This document shows, in pieces, positions 59,474 to 64,000 of a DNA stretch of 64,000 nt (position 1 is its first letter; every line of letters starts with the position of its first letter). Position numbers and translations under genes: made by a program. The stretch is taken from assembly GCA_000708835.1 (NCBI GenBank), contig DF237459.1:2266-66265 (forward strand), written 5' to 3'. The stretch comes from Klebsormidium nitens. Taxonomy: Eukaryota; Plantae; Klebsormidiophyceae. The notes beneath the pieces are model-generated. The model did not search any database. It was given only the letters and a program-made list of their open reading frames with translations, and had not been told where the DNA came from.

Positions 59474-62357
59474 GGGAGTAAAAGTTTCCTGAATGTATGT
59501 ATTGACTCATCTTAGGGGATTTTTACTCCCAAGTTGGTAAGGCTTTCGTAGTGACGTCTGCTTAGATGACGAGCTGGTTTGAACGGGGCAGTGTTTGCTC
59601 CAAGTGAGCACGTCGACTGGTCGGTTTTGGCTATGTCTTCTTGCGTTATAACAACAGTTTTCCCGACTGGTTGCAGCCCGGGACTGATGCCGAATTCCGC
59701 CCAGGACCGCCAGGCTACCGCCGGGGTGAGGGGTCCAGCAATCCGAAGCCTCAAATGGTGAGCAGCTTCGAAGCCGGAGTTCTGGACTCTGCTTGCTTGC
59801 TCACTTGCCTGCCTAGTAGGTTCCTGCAAGCTACGGAGTGCTGGACAGGAGCGCCGATTTTCCAAAGCTGCTTTGAAGTCCGGAGGGATTTCTGATGATG
59901 GGCCTAAAGAATAGATCAGGCAAGAGATGCGGGATCACCAGAACAGGGAGGAAAACGCCCTTCTAAGTATAGCAATTGACTTATCTCAAAGGGTTTTTAC
60001 TCCCGACCCTTGAGACTAGAACGCTCAAATCCTGAAGGGCGCTGCAAGACAGGGAGCAAAAACTCTCCTAAAGTATAAGAATAAGTCCACTCAGGAAGTT
60101 TTTACTCCCGACCCCCTGCCATACCTCCTCACACCGGACTGTCTCCTCATGCAGGACACGTTCGGCCAGGGCTGGTTCTACAAGAAGGCCGAGGCGCTCG
60201 CATACCAGTCTGACAACGACCATGCGCTCATCGTTGCCAGTGACATCAGCGCCGGCAGCGGGGCCAAGAAATACACCAGCTTTGCTGACGTGGACGCTCT
60301 CGTTGCCTACCTGGAGTGCTTGCGGGCCAGCGAAATCTCTCCGTGCCTCAACGAGTGCCTCGAACAAGACACCCCCTGCTTGATGTACTTCGACCTGGAC
60401 TACTCCGTCCCGGCGCAGGCTGATGCCGACTTTGAGGAGCGCTCAGGGCACTTCTTCCAGGTTGCGCGCCGCTTCCTCAAGTAGGTCCTCGAGATTCCCC
60501 CTGAAGCAATCGCTTTCCAAATAGCCACGGCCCACGGCCCGGCTGCTTCTGGAGACGGGTACAAGCACAGCTTGCACGCGTGCGTCCCAGGGTTCTACCT
60601 CACCGGCTGCAAAGCCCGTGCAGCATTTAAAAACGCCCTACAAATGTTCACTGCAAACCCTCCCGAGGACCTGCGGCGCAGCTGCGAGTTCCTCAGGTAC
60701 CAAAAGGCGAACGGCAAAGAGGACTGCATCCTCGACTTTGCTGTGTACGGGCGGGGCCAGCTGTGGCGCACTCTCTACTCCGAGAAGCTGGGAACGGGTC
60801 GCCCCCTCGTGCCATCAGTCGGCAGCTCGGACAAGGTGGAAGACCACCTGGTGGGCATCTACAGCACGGTCCCGACAGCGTCGGCGCTGAAACCGTGTTC
60901 GACCGACCTGCTGGTGGCATACACCCGGCCAGCTGGCGGCGCGCGCGCACGCGGGGAAAGCCAACGGCCCCAACCGAGGACTGCTGTGGCAATCCGAGCG
61001 CAGTATGCCGACGAAAGGCCCCAACCCGTCAGCCCATTGACCCAAGTCGAATGCGACCGGCTGCTGAAGAGGTACCAGAGGGATCACCCTGGAGCTTCGA
61101 TCGCTCGGGCTCCCGAGCATCTTGGTGGCACCATTTTTGCGGTGCACTTTGATGTTCCGGAACCGTACTGCTGGATTGCAGGGCGCGCCCACCAGTCCCC
61201 TGGCAACTCTTGTGGTTATCTGGTCTACGACAGGGCCCACCCATCAAAGGCCCTGTACCGCTGTCACGCTGGTGATTGCAGGTAAGCTGTCACGCGCCCT
61301 CAGATCAGCTCGTCACCAATTATTGCAGCAAAGCGTGCTTGCTTCGAATGTATTCAGAATTTGTCACGCGCCCTACTTCTGAAGAATGTGAAACACTTGC
61401 AAAGATGCTTAAGTTCGTTGCACGATCCTGGATCAATTCCGAGCACGCGGCCAAGCTTTTGGTAAAGGTTCGCACGCAATTGAAGCATCCGTTCTTGATC
61501 GTTTGCAGTGGGACCGGCAGCCATGGCCAGAGACTCCAACGCGTTTTGCTTCTTGATGGGGACCACATCGAGAGCTGGACGGAAGAGTACGAGCTGGTTG
61601 GGCGGATGCGCGCATACCCTGTGCCCGATCTGAGCCCCGGCGCGACACCTCTCACGACGATGGTGATGGCCAACATGGGGGCCGGGAAATCAAAGGCGCT
61701 GTTGCAGAAGCTCCTTCCAAAGATTCCCCCGAGTGCTTCGATCTGCATCATCGCTCCGAACATAGCGCTTGCTGACAAATACTTAGAGGATACCAAAGCT
61801 CAGGAGCCTGGCTTCGTGTCCTACCGAGACGAAAACCTGACAGGGAGAATCACGTCAAAGCGAGTCATCGTCTGCGTCAATCCCCTCCCCCGGGTGCTGC
61901 CCCGATTCGACCTGGTGGTTCTTGACGAAGTCAACTTCACGCTGACTAACATGGCATCCACGGTTATGAAGGACAATAAGAAGGTTTTCTTCGCTCTCGA
62001 GGGCATTGTGGCGAGCGCCAAAGCAGCTTTCCTCTGCGACGCCCATCTGAACAACCCGAGAGTGGTAGAGTGGGTTCAGGCGCTGCGGCCGGACAGTAAG
62101 TTTCACAACATCCGCAACACTGGGGTCTGGCCCACAGAACGCAAAGCGGAGATCCTGCCCATGCCGGGGCCCCTGAAGGGGAGGGGCCAGCCTGCAGCCA
62201 CTTTCAGCTGCATAATTGAAGAGATTCTGGACCACGTGGCGGACGGGAAGAAGGTGATGGTAAGGGCCCCGTTCCAAGGCTATACTTTTGCACTCTGAGT
62301 GGGAGTAAAAGTTCTTGAAGGTGATCATTTCATATACTTGAGCGGACTTTTCCTCCC
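59474..62357. repeat. Four 57-59 bp palindromic units, consensus GGGAGTAAAA-N37-39-TTTTACTCCC, all intronic in the primase-helicase gene
   Basis: U1 59474-59530, U2 59946-60004 (left arm gggaggaaaa), U3 60052-60109 (left arm gggagcaaaa), U4 62301-62357 (right arm ttttcctccc). Arms extend imperfectly to ~20 bp around an AT-rich centre. Confidence 0.85.
60155..61281 (+). other. PrimPol/herpes-UL52-clade archaeo-eukaryotic primase domain with C-terminal Zn finger (sub-feature)
   Basis: GAKKY (cf. GxRxF), motif I NECLEQDTPCLMYFDLDY (DxD), motif II YKHSLH, motif III LDFAVYGRGQLWRTLYSEK, and Zn finger PYCWIAGRAHQSPGN..YRCHAGDC (C-H-C-C spacing as in PrimPol/UL52). Confidence 0.88.
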
Positions 62358-63441
62358 ATTCAACCTCCCTGCCCAGCAGCGCGCGCATAGCTGGCAGCAA
62401 AAGCTTCCCAGATGCACATGCTGTCCTGCTTGTAGATGTGAGCTCGGATTCCGGCCCTCAAGCTGTGCCAAACCTCACTCTAACTGGCCGATCGGTTTAA
62501 TGACTGCAGGTCCCTGCAACGAGCAAGACTTTTGTTGAGTTACTGGAAGCCGACTTCACAAGACGTTTTCCAGACAACTCAAAGACGATCATCGCGTTCC
62601 ATGGAGGCAAGAGGGGTGGGAAAGACAAGGCTCTGCTCCGAGATGCAATCCGTCACCCTGACAAAGCCCTTCTAGCAGACGTGCTGACCTTCACGCCCAC
62701 GATTGGCCCTGGGGTCTCGATTGAGAAGAAGCAGAGCTACGATCTTGTGATCGGGGTGGCCGTGAACTCTGATAACCACCCTGATGCACAGGTTATGATG
62801 CAGCAAATCCACCGAGCGCGAGATGCAGGTGACATTCGCGTTTTCTATGGCGAGCTGAAAGGCAGTCAAAAGGTGGTCTACCCCGGGGACAAGGAGGAGG
62901 TTTTTCGACGTTTGGAAGCAGACGATGAGTGCTTGGCGGACATGATGAAGGAGGTGGGCAGTACTGACCACTTGGACATGATCAGGGGAAAGTCTGGCGA
63001 ACGGGCCATCTACGATCGGAACTCTCCAGCCTGCAACCTCTACGCCAACAATATACTCGGAAGGGCTGAGAGTCGACATCGGTATCCTGAGCTTTTGGTC
63101 GAGGATATGCGGCGACAGGGGTTAGCCGTGTCCGACTTCACCGGTTTCAAATCGGTTGACCATCGACCAGAGGCGGAGGATGTGCAGATGGAGGCTGAAG
63201 AAGAGTTGACCGTCGAGGAGTGGCGGTCAAAGCATCTGATCTCCTACGACACCTTCGAAGACATTCAGAGGAGATTAAGCAAGGATGTGAGCCCCGTCGA
63301 GGTTCTGAACTACAATATCTGGGAGAGGGCTATCACGGAGTATGGGGTCATGTACGCGAATCTGGATCAGGACTTTGCAAAGACCTATGTGACGGGGAAG
63401 CAGGCGGAATCTCTGAGGAACAAGTTTCTCAACTACCGGAG
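61509..63441 (+). other. SF2 helicase of the herpesvirus origin-binding protein (UL9) type (sub-feature)
   Basis: Walker A VMANMGAGKS, Ia ICIIAPNIAL, VIVCVNPL, Walker B FDLVVLDEV, III FLCDAHL, IV KKVMVPATSK, V DVLTFTPTIGPGVSIE and VI MMQQIHRAR. Motif order and content match my recollection of the UL9/Herpes_ori_bp family. Confidence 0.85.
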
Positions 63442-64000
63442 GTGAGCGAGTTCTCTGCCCGAACGCACATTGACTCCTATGTCGGCCCGTTCAAAACAAG
63501 CTGTACGACTGCTACAATAGCGTTATGAAACCAAGTGCTGGCCGATTTTGATTGTGGTCAATACAACAATGCAAATACCTGCAACCGTCTCTCGTTCCGT
63601 TCATATCCGTTGATCAATCGTCGTTCAGATCTTTGGGAAAGAATATGTTGCAATCATGACCGTAGCTAAGAGGACTGGTCACGCGCTTTCCTAGTTGACT
63701 CCAACTTCTCTTCTGTTTTCCATCATGCAGATTCGTCACCTCCGACTTCGAAACCCAATCGAGGAGCCTCCCCGACGCCGTTCGAGAAGGTGAGGAGCAG
63801 AGGAACATCCAAGATTATCTGGAGTTTCGGAACCAGCCGAGCAACGGCGTGGCATACGCTTGGGCGATTTTGGCGGCTCTCCAGGGCGTGGCACCGGAAG
63901 AGGTTGACAATGGGGTGCTCCTTTCTACTCCGTACCTGGTTTCGGAGAAGAAGTTGCTGCAAGTCTTCGATATGCCGAGATTCAGGATCGTATCATTATT

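Larger units (their letters stand above)
57730..64000 (+). pseudogene. Spliced virus-like replicase gene: acidic N-terminal region + AEP primase-polymerase + Zn finger + UL9-like SF2 helicase; one in-frame TAG; continues beyond the window
   Basis: Exons 57730-57900, 58087-58305, 58666/58681-58935, 59308-59415, 59677-59757, 60155-61281, 61509-62259, 62510-63441, 63731->64000; all GT-AG with matching phases, more than 1300 codons. The only lesion seen is TAG at 60482-60484. Joining 59757 to 60155 is inferred from phase compatibility. Confidence 0.8.

Noticed and set aside
59820-59965. Extra exon between 59757 and the AEP exon
   Set aside because: The frames I tried hit a stop or give a phase mismatch, and the segment overlaps palindrome U2; direct 59757->60155 splicing is simpler.

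Overview
Intron-rich eukaryotic nuclear DNA with GT-AG introns. The gene content and style suggest a streptophyte green alga such as Klebsormidium, but that assignment is inference. I saw no rRNA, tRNA or CRISPR array. Six host genes were assembled exon by exon, four of them with all splice phases consistent: an ATM1/ATM3-type ABCB half-transporter (+, 5' end off-window), a bestrophin/UPF0187-like channel (-, one short exon unplaced), a CbbX/SpoVK-family AAA+ ATPase (-, 5' structure unresolved), a coiled-coil/Kelch/FN3 protein (-), an N-acetylglucosamine kinase (-) and the rRNA m5C methyltransferase NSUN5 (-). From about 52.3 kb the character changes: a doubly frameshifted intronless MYND-finger gene, a small orphan 2-TM gene model, and a spliced gene of more than 1300 codons that runs off the window. 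That last gene encodes an acidic N-terminal region, a PrimPol/UL52-like AEP primase, a Zn finger and a herpes UL9-like SF2 helicase, and carries one nonsense codon. Its introns hold four copies of a 57-59 bp palindrome (GGGAGTAAAA-N37-39-TTTTACTCCC consensus). This virus-like replicase with its cis palindromes is the best candidate for an undescribed system. Two other signals stand out: pervasive decayed tandem copies of exon/intron junctions in host introns, and two ~190 bp foldback elements with 9-bp TSDs, a shared G-rich core and co-varying inverted arms. All coordinates were read by hand; '~' marks approximate ends.
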